A stretch of 62,937 nt of DNA, counting the filler. It is 8 parts of 8 records of this genome, joined end to end, with 100 filler letters (N's around TTAATTAATTAA, not from the genome) between each part and the next. Parts side by side here need not be neighbours in the genome. Positions count along the whole stretch, not along the records: positions 14,303 to 24,510 come from SRR31156797_20344; positions 24,611 to 32,362 come from SRR31156797_20356; 6 more parts are not named here. One strand, 5' to 3'. The translations under genes and the position numbers were made by a program. Of this stretch, positions 19,967 to 28,788 are shown one piece after another (positions within the stretch are counted from its first letter, which is position 1; each line of letters opens with the position of its first letter). The notes beneath the pieces are model-generated. The model was given only the letters and a program-made list of their open reading frames with translations. It was not told the DNA's origin and made no database searches.

Positions 19967-22009
19967 TTAATCAGCTATCTTATTAAGCTGTCCCTGGAAA
20001 AAATCTCTTTTTTGACTATCACCAAGTTCGTTAGAAAGAGTAATTGCTGCTTTATAAAATTCACGTGCCGCATTATATCTACCCTGCTTATAATCAATTA
20101 AGTAGATATAAAAATCCAGTGTATAATTCAAATTTTCCTTTCTTCCCTCTTTTATATACTCACTAATTGTCATTTCAAAATATGGTATAGCCTCATTCCA
20201 GTTTTGCATCGCATAATAATTATGTCCGATTCTAAATAAGACATGTCCATATGAGTCATCATAATTTGATATTTTAGAAAGTACTGCAATTGCCTGCTTA
20301 TAATATTTTACTGATTTGGAATATTGTTTCATCTCAAAATATGCAGCTCCCGTCCATGACAATAAACTTCCTAACATCTCATTGTCAGGATAAGATTTAC
20401 GTCTTTCTGCTTCCACACTTTTTTCAAATAACACTGCCGCTTCCTGAAATTGATTATTATTGTAGTACGGATATCCCATATCATAATAGTCTCTTCCGGA
20501 GATTCCACCTGATATATTTATACTGTAATCAGCTGTTCTTGCAGCATCATAGTCACTTTGGACAAATTTTATATTTGTTTCAAAATCATTTTTAACCATT
20601 TTGATTAAGTTAGGTTTTCTCTCTGAGATTGCTTTAGAGATAAAGTTCATGTTACTTGATTTTCCAAGCTTTTCTTCCAGTATTTTTGCTACACCATAGC
20701 ACTCTTTGTCGTAAGCATAATCAAGAGCTGTTTTTCCTTCACTGTTTACTACCTCTATCTCTGAACCGTTATTTAGCAGATAGTTTGCTACCTCAACCTG
20801 CCCCAGTCCTTTATAGGGTTCTTTAATTGATGCAGTTCCCAGACCGGATGCAAGCATTAGAGCGATACTGTTATCATTAGCTCTTTCGTTTATATTTGCT
20901 CCATTTTCAATTAATAGTTTAACAATTGGAAATTGATCAAATGAGACTGCCCAAAATAGAGGAGGTTCTTCATATGTATTTTTATCTTTTACATTTAGGT
21001 CAACTCCTGATTCAATTATTATTTTTGCTATCTCATAATGCCCGGCTTTGATAGCGTTATGCAGCGGAGTAGCTGAATTTTTATTATAGACCTCATTGCT
21101 ACCACCTAAGTCAAAGTATAATTTAACAGTATCTATATCGTTATTTTCTACCGCATAACTTATGTCTATATTAGGCGATGGAAGTTCTCCCATACTGTTT
21201 TTGATATTCCTATCAGCACCGGCATCTATTAATATTTTTGCTATGTCGTCATATCTGTTTTCGACTGCAATATGAAGTGCTGTTCCTTCATAGTTAGTCA
21301 AAATATTCGGGTTAGCTTTGAAATCAAGCAAGTATTTTACATTATTATTATCTTCTTTAAGCACTGCATGATGAAGTAGAGTATTTCCGCCATTGTCTTG
21401 AATATCTATATTTGCCCCTTTCATTAGTAGTTCATCAAGATAAGTTTGATTTAGCTGTAATTCAACTGCGCTTTCTCCTTTTTCCATCTCTTCCGGACTG
21501 ACATTATTAAGCCCGTATGCTAAAAATATTGGTGAATAACCCATATTATTTTGAATATCAAGATTTGGATTATTTTCCAGTATTTTAGTTAATAATTTCT
21601 GATTATCATATATTATTGTTTGATGTAGTGCGGTATTTCCATATTTTCCCTTGATATCAAGATTTGCTCCGTTTTCTATTAAGTAATTAACTACCAATAT
21701 TTTGTTTCCCTCAATTGCCAGATGAAGTGCAGTATTATTATCTTTATTTTGCGCATCTATACTTGCTCCGTTTTCCAATAAAAATCTTACTGTATTCAGA
21801 TTTCCTGTAATAGCTGCTTTGTGAAATGCTGTGTTCTTCATTTTTCCCATTGCTGCATTAATGTCTGCTCCTTCATTCACTGCATTTTTAATCTCAATAA
21901 TATTCCCACTTTTTGCTGCATTACTCAGATTCGTTTGCGTATTAGAACAACTAGTAAAAAAGAATGTAAAAATTATTATGCTTAGTAAAGCTAATTTTGA
22001 TTTTTTCAT
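19967..22009 (-). CDS. Lipoprotein with ankyrin repeats and C-terminal TPRs
   Basis: MKKSK...FFFTSC lipobox (ATG 22009 after GGAGG); many ankyrin repeats; TPR-like GAAYFEMKQYSKSVKYYKQAI. Confidence 0.9.
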   Translation of the reverse strand: MKKSKLALLSIIIFTFFFTSCSNTQTNLSNAAKSGNIIEIKNAVNEGADINAAMGKMKNTAFHKAAITGNLNTVRFLLENGASIDAQNKDNNTALHLAIEGNKILVVNYLIENGANLDIKGKYGNTALHQTIIYDNQKLLTKILENNPNLDIQNNMGYSPIFLAYGLNNVSPEEMEKGESAVELQLNQTYLDELLMKGANIDIQDNGGNTLLHHAVLKEDNNNVKYLLDFKANPNILTNYEGTALHIAVENRYDDIAKILIDAGADRNIKNSMGELPSPNIDISYAVENNDIDTVKLYFDLGGSNEVYNKNSATPLHNAIKAGHYEIAKIIIESGVDLNVKDKNTYEEPPLFWAVSFDQFPIVKLLIENGANINERANDNSIALMLASGLGTASIKEPYKGLGQVEVANYLLNNGSEIEVVNSEGKTALDYAYDKECYGVAKILEEKLGKSSNMNFISKAISERKPNLIKMVKNDFETNIKFVQSDYDAARTADYSINISGGISGRDYYDMGYPYYNNNQFQEAAVLFEKSVEAERRKSYPDNEMLGSLLSWTGAAYFEMKQYSKSVKYYKQAIAVLSKISNYDDSYGHVLFRIGHNYYAMQNWNEAIPYFEMTISEYIKEGRKENLNYTLDFYIYLIDYKQGRYNAAREFYKAAITLSNELGDSQKRDFFQGQLNKIAD

Positions 22010-22222
22010 GATATCCCTCCTCGTTATTAATGTGTTCAACTCTAAACTCTTTATTCCCAACATCTATATTATACTTGAAAATAATATTGCCAGACATCCT
22101 TAAATGTAGTGGAAAAAGTATATTATTTTTAAAAAAAGTTAAAAAAGAATTGATAACTCTAAATAAAGAGAAGTTAATTTTTTAAAGTATAAATATGGTA
22201 TAATAATTCTGGAGGAGAATTT

Positions 22223-22303
22223 ATGAATATTGAGAAAATAATCTTAAATAAATTACTGAAGAATATATTTACGATGGTATTAAACTTTGCAATGAAATTA
22301 TAA
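22223..22303 (+). CDS. 26-aa small ORF or gene remnant
   Basis: Extended -10 TGGTATAAT (22196-22204), GGAGGAG RBS, terminator directly downstream. Confidence 0.35.
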   Translation: MNIEKIILNKLLKNIFTMVLNFAMKL

Positions 22304-22322
22304 AAAATAACAGATAAAACTT

Positions 22323-22361
22323 ATAAAGACCTTTTGCTGATAATAGCCAAAAGGTCTTTAT
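22323..22361. terminator. Bidirectional terminator
   Basis: ATAAAGACCTTTT...AAAAGGTCTTTAT stem between convergent ORFs. Confidence 0.75.
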
Positions 22362-22364
22362 GTT

Positions 22365-23297
22365 TTATATATAATGATTGTCTAAATCTAATTCCCATTT
22401 TTCATCATTAAAAGGGATCTCTGACCACTCTTTATTGATTTTACTCTCCATAAGTTTAAAGCCTTTAGAGGCATAGAGTTTTCTAGCCGGAATCAATATA
22501 TCAGCTGTCCAGAGAAATATTTTGTTATAATTTTTATCTTTGCAAAATTGAATAGCTGCATCGATTAATTTTTTTCCTGCACCAATACCTCTTAGTTTAG
22601 AGTTTACATAAAAGAATCTAAGCTGAGCTGTATTCTCGTCAATCTTAACTATTGCAACACTTCCTAAAATTTCACCTTCGTAATCCAAGACATACATACA
22701 ATCATTTTTTTTATCAAACTTTTCACTAAACTCTTTTATTAAACTAGTTAAATATTCATTCCAAATCTTTGATTTGAAATCACACTCTTTTTCATATAAA
22801 TCAATCTGCTCAGAAATTATTACATCAATATCCTTTTTATCAAACTCTCTTATTTTTACTAATTCTGTAGAGATCAAAAGATTTTTTTTCAATATATTAA
22901 TTGAACGGTCAATCTCCCTGCACTGATCTTCATTAAGTTTAGAAATCAAATTAAGAAGATGATTAGAAGATTTTTCCTCCATTTCCTGCAGAATTTGTTC
23001 TCCGTAATTACTTAATTTTAATAACTTAACACGACTGTTATTGGTTTGGTCCTGTTTATAGAGAAGATTCTTTTTTTCAAATTTTGATAAAATTCTACTA
23101 AGATAACTTTTATCAATTTTTAGCATTTTGACTATCATTCCTGCTGTGCAATTTCTTTTTTTACCAACTTCATATAAAATCCTCATTTCAGTCAGGGAAA
23201 ATTCAGAATCTAACATGTGCCTGTTAAGTAAACCTAAAATATTTGTATATAATCTGTTAAAACTTCTTATATTATCAACAACGATATTTTTATCCAT
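22365..23297 (-). CDS. MarR-family HTH fused to a GNAT acetyltransferase
   Basis: IRSFNRLYT...SLTEMRILYE...DKSYLSRIL; AQLRFFYV...RGIGAGKKL...ARKLYASKGF. Confidence 0.9.
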   Translation of the reverse strand: MDKNIVVDNIRSFNRLYTNILGLLNRHMLDSEFSLTEMRILYEVGKKRNCTAGMIVKMLKIDKSYLSRILSKFEKKNLLYKQDQTNNSRVKLLKLSNYGEQILQEMEEKSSNHLLNLISKLNEDQCREIDRSINILKKNLLISTELVKIREFDKKDIDVIISEQIDLYEKECDFKSKIWNEYLTSLIKEFSEKFDKKNDCMYVLDYEGEILGSVAIVKIDENTAQLRFFYVNSKLRGIGAGKKLIDAAIQFCKDKNYNKIFLWTADILIPARKLYASKGFKLMESKINKEWSEIPFNDEKWELDLDNHYI

Positions 23298-23323
23298 ATT
23301 GAATCCTCCTAAAAATAATTTGA

Positions 23324-23375
23324 GTTGACATTGTCAACTTAATACAGTTTAACATTTTTGGTTGACATTGTCAAC
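23324..23375. promoter_or_regulatory. Two identical palindromic operators GTTGACATTGTCAAC
   Basis: Exact copies at 23324-23338 and 23361-23375 in the divergent promoter. Confidence 0.8.
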
Positions 23376-23471
23376 TTTGGTTGAGGAGGTTTATGATTAC
23401 GTTGAAATAAGGAATTTCATGTGTTACTCTATTAATATAAGCTAGAATTCTCAATTATTGGAGGGAATAAT

Positions 23472-24431
23472 ATGAAAGCGATTATTTATGAAAAATATGG
23501 ATCACCTGATGTATTAAGTATAGCAAAAAGACCTATACCGGAAGTAAAAGATGACGAGGTATTAGTTAAAATTTATGCTGTATCTATTAACTCGTGGGAT
23601 TGGGATATGCTAACAGGCAAACCTCTGGAGTATAGAATGTTAAGTGGTTTGTTTAAGCCACGGCATACTGAATTGCATGGATGTGATATAGCAGGAAAAG
23701 TTGAAAAAGTAGGTAAAAATGTAAAAAAACTCAAAGTCGGAGATGAGGTTTTTGGAGATGTTTCAGATATAGGTTGGGGAATATACGCTCAGTATTACAG
23801 CGCAAGAGAGAAAGATCTTACGTTGAAACCATCAACTATGACATATGAACAGGCAGCGTGCCTGGGACACGGCGGAAATCTTGCAGCACAAGCTTTGGTT
23901 GATATTGGAAATGTTCAAGCCGGGCAGAAAGTTCTCATAAACGGCGCAGGCGGTAGTACAGGCACAATTGCTATACAGATAGCGAAAGCTATGGGGGCAG
24001 AGATTACTGCGGTTGATCGTGAGGAGAAATTTGAATCAATGAGAGACTTAGGTGCAGATTATGTAATTGATTATAGAAAAGTAAATTTTACTCAAAGTGA
24101 TCAAAAATATGATTTTATTTTTGATACCAAAACTCTTTATCCAATGTCTCAGTATAAAAAAGTACTTGAAGAGGGCGGAATGTATGTAACAGTAGGTGGA
24201 AAAACTTCTACATTACTTAAAATAATGGCTTTTGGAACTCTTTCATCAAAGTATAAACTTAAAATGCTGGGATATCAGCCTAATAAAAGTAATGATTATC
24301 TGCTTAAAATTTTCGAAGAGGGGAAGATGAAACCTGTGATAGATAGAATCTATTCTCTTGATGAAGTTGTTGAAGCTTTTAAATATTTTGGAAGTGGATT
24401 ATTCAATGGGAAGATAGTTATAAAACCCTAA
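23472..24431 (+). CDS. MDR-family NAD(P)-dependent oxidoreductase (quinone reductase/ADH-like)
   Basis: MKAIIYEKYGSPDVL, GCDIAG, INGAGGSTG, GKIVI. Confidence 0.9.
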   Translation: MKAIIYEKYGSPDVLSIAKRPIPEVKDDEVLVKIYAVSINSWDWDMLTGKPLEYRMLSGLFKPRHTELHGCDIAGKVEKVGKNVKKLKVGDEVFGDVSDIGWGIYAQYYSAREKDLTLKPSTMTYEQAACLGHGGNLAAQALVDIGNVQAGQKVLINGAGGSTGTIAIQIAKAMGAEITAVDREEKFESMRDLGADYVIDYRKVNFTQSDQKYDFIFDTKTLYPMSQYKKVLEEGGMYVTVGGKTSTLLKIMAFGTLSSKYKLKMLGYQPNKSNDYLLKIFEEGKMKPVIDRIYSLDEVVEAFKYFGSGLFNGKIVIKP

Positions 24432-24479
24432 AAGTAATTTTTCAAAAAAATAAAAGGAGCTCTATATTAGTAATATAAA

Positions 24480-24510
24480 GTAAACTGGAACCCTTGTCAA
24501 GGACAAATAA
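24480..24510 (+). mobile_element. Possible IS3-family terminal inverted repeat at the contig end
   Basis: GTAAACTGGAACCCTTGTCAAGGACA resembles IS3/IS150-type ends, and the contig breaks here. Confidence 0.3.
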
Positions 24511-24610
24511 NNNNNNNNNNNNNNNNNNNNNNNNNNNNNNNNNNNNNNNNNNNNTTAATTAATTAANNNNNNNNNNNNNNNNNNNNNNNNNNNNNNNNNN
24601 NNNNNNNNNN
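24511..24610. other. Artificial contig linker
   Basis: Same structure. Confidence 0.98.
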
Positions 24611-25013
24611 GAAAATTGGATCTCATGTGGTAATCTCAATATACCTCCAGTAACGACCGTCCCGGGGAGATGGCATCAATCTCAACGTTCGTTCAAGCCT
24701 TCTGGTTTAATGATAACACAACTTTTTTTAGTTTTACGATATTTTGAATTTTGGTATACGAAATGAGTTAGGCGAGGCTTGAATATTTTCAAATCCGAGT
24801 GAATAAACTTTACAAAGAAGTAAGGCTTACCACAGGTTTTTGACGGTGCTAATACTTTGCTTTTTCAATGGTTATACAGGTCATCAACACAGGTGATTCC
24901 AGTAATTTCTTACCCATAAAAACTTAGTTTCACTTGACGTTATTTATATAATTCATTTATGATAATTGATAAATATTTCCCTGATCTTCCAGAAACCAAG
25001 AGAGGTGACCCTG

Positions 25014-25754
25014 ATGTGGGAGAAAAACTTGCAAATGACAAGTTACTTGAAATTGGGTTTAAGTCAATTGATGATTTTCTTTCTAATCTCTGCGTATATC
25101 CTTATGGGTTTAAGTTATCCGGTATTTGGTGCTAACTGCTGCCAATGCCTATGTGAAAATGGCGAATGGGCAAGTTCACCACAAGAATTTTCTAATGCGG
25201 ATGAATGTGCGGATTACTGTTATGATCAGTATTTTTCCCATGGGGATGTCTGTGATTGCGAAAGTTCACAACCGACCCACAATTCCGCTTTCTATGCAAC
25301 TTACGACTATCAAGAGTGCAGTCCGTGCGTAGATCCAACGGTAGTGGAATTGCAACGTTTTGAGTGCCAGGCAATAACCCTTGGTATTGAAGTTTCATGG
25401 GAAACCGTATCTGAAATCGACAATGCGGGTTTTCACATTCATCGCAGTGAAACGGAAACAGCTGGATACAATCGCATTACAGACAAGCTTATTTCAGCTG
25501 AAGGATCTCCCACCCAAGGTGCCAGCTATCAATTCGTTGACCGCAACGTGGAACCCGGCAAAACCTACTATTACAAACTGGAAGACGTAGACACATCCGG
25601 CAGCCGTTCCTATTTCGGTCCTGTCTCCGCAGCCGTCCCAGCAGCTATTCCTACCATGACGGAAACGGGTCTAATCATCCTTGGATTAGCCTTTCTAAGT
25701 GTAACAATACTTTCATTAAAGAGACGTCGCAAGGCATCCCAATATGGGTGCTGA
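25014..25754 (+). CDS. Cys-rich exported protein with an IPTL-CTERM sorting signal
   Basis: Signal-like segment, CCQCLC cluster, WETVSEIDNAGFHIHRS...YYYKLEDVD domain, AIPTMTETGLIILGL...KRRRK tail. Confidence 0.85.
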   Translation: MWEKNLQMTSYLKLGLSQLMIFFLISAYILMGLSYPVFGANCCQCLCENGEWASSPQEFSNADECADYCYDQYFSHGDVCDCESSQPTHNSAFYATYDYQECSPCVDPTVVELQRFECQAITLGIEVSWETVSEIDNAGFHIHRSETETAGYNRITDKLISAEGSPTQGASYQFVDRNVEPGKTYYYKLEDVDTSGSRSYFGPVSAAVPAAIPTMTETGLIILGLAFLSVTILSLKRRRKASQYGC

Positions 25755-25829
25755 TCTTTAACAAGCATTTGCAGGAACGTCCCAATAACTTAAAAATTTT
25801 AAGTATCTGAAAAAACGCGTAGCCTGACA

Positions 25830-26640
25830 TGTGAGCCACTCTCTAAATTATGGCCTAAAATGCTTTGCGCCTCTCTGGAGGTCAATTTCACTATTTCCGT
25901 CAGAGTCGATGCCGTCGGCCTCGGCGTTCATGTCCATTACGGGCCTAAAACAAGTGCCCTCAAACAGTTCACCAGCGTCACCTCCGGCCCACAGCCGGAA
26001 TCAAAACGGGACATTAGTGCTCCGGGCAATTGGTCTGAATTGATGGGAGGCAACAGAAATCCGGATAATCGTCGGTAACGGAGGCTCTGGATAAAAAGTT
26101 TCCGAAAGTAGTGTTGCCAACGCTTGATGGTTGAACGCCATACCCCGCAAAATGACTTGAGATGCTCCATGGTGACCTCGGGTTTTTATCCTTGGCGAAG
26201 GGCGCCGACCAACAGCAGCACAGACGCCCGGTAAACCCTGCGATCCCAAAATCGAACCGAAGGCGGCAGCACACGTCGACGGCAACCCGGACGGCCGCAG
26301 CAAAGGCTGAATCGAATCTCAAACGCCTCTTGAAGATCCGGGGGCCCACCCCGAGGCTTTCGCTGGTAATGGGCATAATGAAGAGGACCCCCGCAAAAGG
26401 GCAGTTCTTTGCTCTGGTGTGTTCGGAAAGATCATGGTCTATCATGAAAAGAAGGGAAAATAACGATTGGCTCTTGAGGACTTCAGGCGGTATCATAGCG
26501 CCTGCCATTTTAAGGTGTTTTTGGCAGGAGCCCCCTGCTACGAACTGGGCAAGGAACGTGAGGGGGCTCCATCATTTCTCCCTCGATGTTCTTGCCTATT
26601 TTCTTTCATTTTTCCATCATTTTCTGTGGCCGGGCTCACA
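25830..26640 (-). mobile_element. 811-bp non-autonomous element with TGT...ACA ends
   Basis: Both ends read 5'-TGTGAGCC; GAAA(A)TGATGGA is repeated inside the right end; flanks GACA/GACG. Confidence 0.65.
25937..26496 (-). pseudogene. Zn-finger/HTH transposon-accessory protein split by a -1 frameshift and a TAA
   Basis: MIPPEV...KNCPF then, in the -1 frame, CGGPLHYAHYQRKPRG...SLCCGRPGCRRRVLPPSVRFW...RQG*KPEVTMEH...STIKRWQHYF. Stop at 26186-26188. Confidence 0.7.
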
Positions 26641-26768
26641 GACGATAGTCATTTTTTTGTGTGCCATGAATTGATGTTTCGGTAAAAGTCAAAATTGACG
26701 AAATCGGACTTTTCATCAATGCATCAAATGAAAGATGATAATAGAATTCCACCCTATATAATTTGACG

Positions 26769-26793
26769 GGTCATACCAGATATTGTGGTTCCC
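26769..26793 (+). repeat. 25-bp direct repeat, copy 1, containing an NrdR-like box
   Basis: GGTCATACCAGATATTGTGGTTCCC, identical to 28655-28679. Confidence 0.85.
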
Positions 26794-27104
26794 TTTTTTT
26801 TGGAGAAACCGGTGGTTTCTCCAACGTATCTCAGGCGGCAAAGGTTATGACTGGAGCCATATTCACCAGTGGAATTTGTATCAAATCAGTAGAGGTATCA
26901 AGGTAAGGCCAGTTGCCCCGCAAAACGCTCCTCTAGTTTTTTCTTGACAGAAGCCGACTTTATTCCTTATATGAGTTGAAGGTATTCCCATGTAAATATT
27001 CCCACCAACCACCCAACCTCTATCCAGGAGGTTCCCCCCAATGAGAAGACTCCTCATACTATGCATGCCCTGCTCCTAATAGGCGATTCTTGCCTGTTGG
27101 GAGC

Positions 27105-27230
27105 TTCAATCTTCTATAAAGCCAAATCCATCGAGAGATGAAGACGGAAAGCCACGGGTCTTAATATTCCCCGTTGAGCCTCTTCTGAAGTATCTTGCTT
27201 CCGAAAGATAGCCGGGCTGCCGAGTGTGAC
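27105..27230 (+). ncRNA. c-di-GMP-I (GEMM-I) riboswitch aptamer
   Basis: GCCAAA-TCCATC-GAGA-GATGAA-GACGGAAAGCC-ACGGGTCTT...AAGATAGCCGGGCTGCCGA: GNRA-capped P2, GACG-AAAGCC junction, P3 receptor and 3' TGCCGA. Confidence 0.85.
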
Positions 27231-27265
27231 ATCGTAAAGATCACGTTAGGGCAGTTCGGCTTTTT
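27210..27265 (+). terminator. Riboswitch expression-platform terminator
   Basis: AGCCGGGCTGCC (aptamer 3' strand) pairs with GGCAGTTCGGCT (two G-U), followed by TTTT. Confidence 0.75.
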
Positions 27266-27395
27266 GCTTTGGATAAATGGCTATTAGGCATCCTTGATAC
27301 GCAGGCGTGAAGACAGGTAATATGCGCTTGAAAAAGTCTATGGTAGCAGCCGTTGTTTTTTATAAAACGCCAACCGAGACAATAGGAGGTAAAAA

Positions 27396-28436
27396 ATGAA
27401 GACAAACAATATGATTTGCTTACTTGCTGTCTTACTCCTAACTGGTATCGCAACCGTAGGAACTTCAGGTCCTGCTGCGGCCGAGACCATTGATCCGCTG
27501 GAGGTAAGCTACACCTATGGGAGCATGGAGCCCGTTTGGCCATACATTGACCATTCCGGCGATGACCTAGTAGATGGTTTCGCCGAAACCTGTTTGGATT
27601 GGTGGGCCTGCCAGTGGGTGGGCTTCATTGAAACCGGCTATATGGGAGACGACCAGACTCCGCAGCCAAGGATCGACTTCGATCTCGGTGGTGCGTATGA
27701 TCTATCCAAGATATCTGTGACCTACATGGGCGGAGCCTTTGGTGGCATCTTTCCGCCTGATCGAGTGGAAATCAGCTTCAGCACCGACGGCGGAATGACC
27801 TATTCCACATCGCCGGATCTTATCTACGATGAGTTCGACCATCCGGTTTTCAGCACCGTGTATGACCTAACTACCCAATACGTGGAAACCGAGGACATAC
27901 CGGTCCAAGCCTCCGACGTGACGAACGTCCGCATGGACTTTTTCCAGGACAACATTGTCGATGAAGTCTCGGCCTACGAGCCCGCTCCGTATATATCGGC
28001 CTGGATCTTCCTTTCCGAGGTCACGTTCAACTACTTTGTGAATGTTGGGATAGACATAAAGCCAGGATCATGCTCCAATCCATTTAATGTAAAGTCAAAG
28101 GGCGTCTTGCCGGTTGCAATTTTTGGCACTAGTGAGCTTGATGTTAACGATATTGATATTGCGTCCATTCGTTTGGCGGGCATCGCCCCGATACGTTCCG
28201 CTTTTGAAGACATAGGTGTTCCTGACGATTATTGTGATGGTTCCCAACCGGACGGCGACGATGACCTCATCTTGAAGTTCAAAACTCAGGATATTGTGGG
28301 CGTTTTAGGAGATGTCGTTGACGGAGATGAGGTTGTTTTGACCTTGACTGCTACATTAACAGACGGAACTTCTATAAAGGGAGAAGGCACGGTAATAATT
28401 TTAAAAAAGGGAAAGAAGGGAAAGAAGGGAAAGTAA
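27396..28436 (+). CDS. Exported acidic beta-sandwich (discoidin-like) protein with a C-terminal IDIKPG domain
   Basis: GGAGG RBS, signal peptide, IDFDLGG, ISFSTDGG, WIFLSEVTF, VGIDIKPGSCSNPFNVKSKGVLPVAI...DGDDDLILKF. Confidence 0.8.
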   Translation: MKTNNMICLLAVLLLTGIATVGTSGPAAAETIDPLEVSYTYGSMEPVWPYIDHSGDDLVDGFAETCLDWWACQWVGFIETGYMGDDQTPQPRIDFDLGGAYDLSKISVTYMGGAFGGIFPPDRVEISFSTDGGMTYSTSPDLIYDEFDHPVFSTVYDLTTQYVETEDIPVQASDVTNVRMDFFQDNIVDEVSAYEPAPYISAWIFLSEVTFNYFVNVGIDIKPGSCSNPFNVKSKGVLPVAIFGTSELDVNDIDIASIRLAGIAPIRSAFEDIGVPDDYCDGSQPDGDDDLILKFKTQDIVGVLGDVVDGDEVVLTLTATLTDGTSIKGEGTVIILKKGKKGKKGK

Positions 28437-28467
28437 GCTGACTTATAAATATTAACTAATCAAAGGC

Positions 28468-28502
28468 AAAGGCAGGATCAATAAGACGGTCCTGCCTTTT
28501 TT
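28468..28502 (+). terminator. Intrinsic terminator
   Basis: AAAGGCAGGA...TCCTGCCTTT plus T run. Confidence 0.85.
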
Positions 28503-28654
28503 GCCGACTGACGGAGAGATACCTATATCATACCGTCAAATAATTTTCAGTACAAAGAATAATACATCTGGCAGTCTTCCGTTGTGTGGGAGTAACTGCT
28601 CGGCCCACCAAACGGTTCCCAAACCCGACAACAACTATCACTGCCCTATTGGGA

Positions 28655-28757
28655 GGTCATACCAGATATTGTGGTTCCCATATTTTTGGCGGAACCTGCA
28701 AATATCTCAATCTATCACAACCTAAACCGTTGATTGCGTCACCCCCATATATTGTAT
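28655..28757 (+). promoter_or_regulatory. 25-bp repeat copy 2 and a second NrdR-like box
   Basis: ATACCAGATATTGTGG (28659-28674) and CCCCCATATATTGTAT (28742-28757) upstream of the RBS. Confidence 0.5.
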
Positions 28758-28788
28758 ATTGTGCTTGAAACATAAGGAGGAGGAAGAA

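Noticed and set aside
14945-22009. Gasdermin/CBASS/Avs-type defence system
   Set aside because: No gasdermin, cyclase, NTPase or effector gene is visible, and both proteins carry lipoprotein signals.
24611-24900. Possible IS end and minus-strand gene start at the segment edge
   Set aside because: Only a few codons are visible and no partner repeat can be identified.
27105-27230. cGAMP-specific (GEMM-Ib) assignment
   Set aside because: The discriminating position is G rather than A, so c-di-GMP is the better prediction.
26769-28679. 25-bp repeats as a CRISPR array or integron attC sites
   Set aside because: Only two copies 1.9 kb apart, no cas or intI gene, and no RYYYAAC/GTTRRRY structure.
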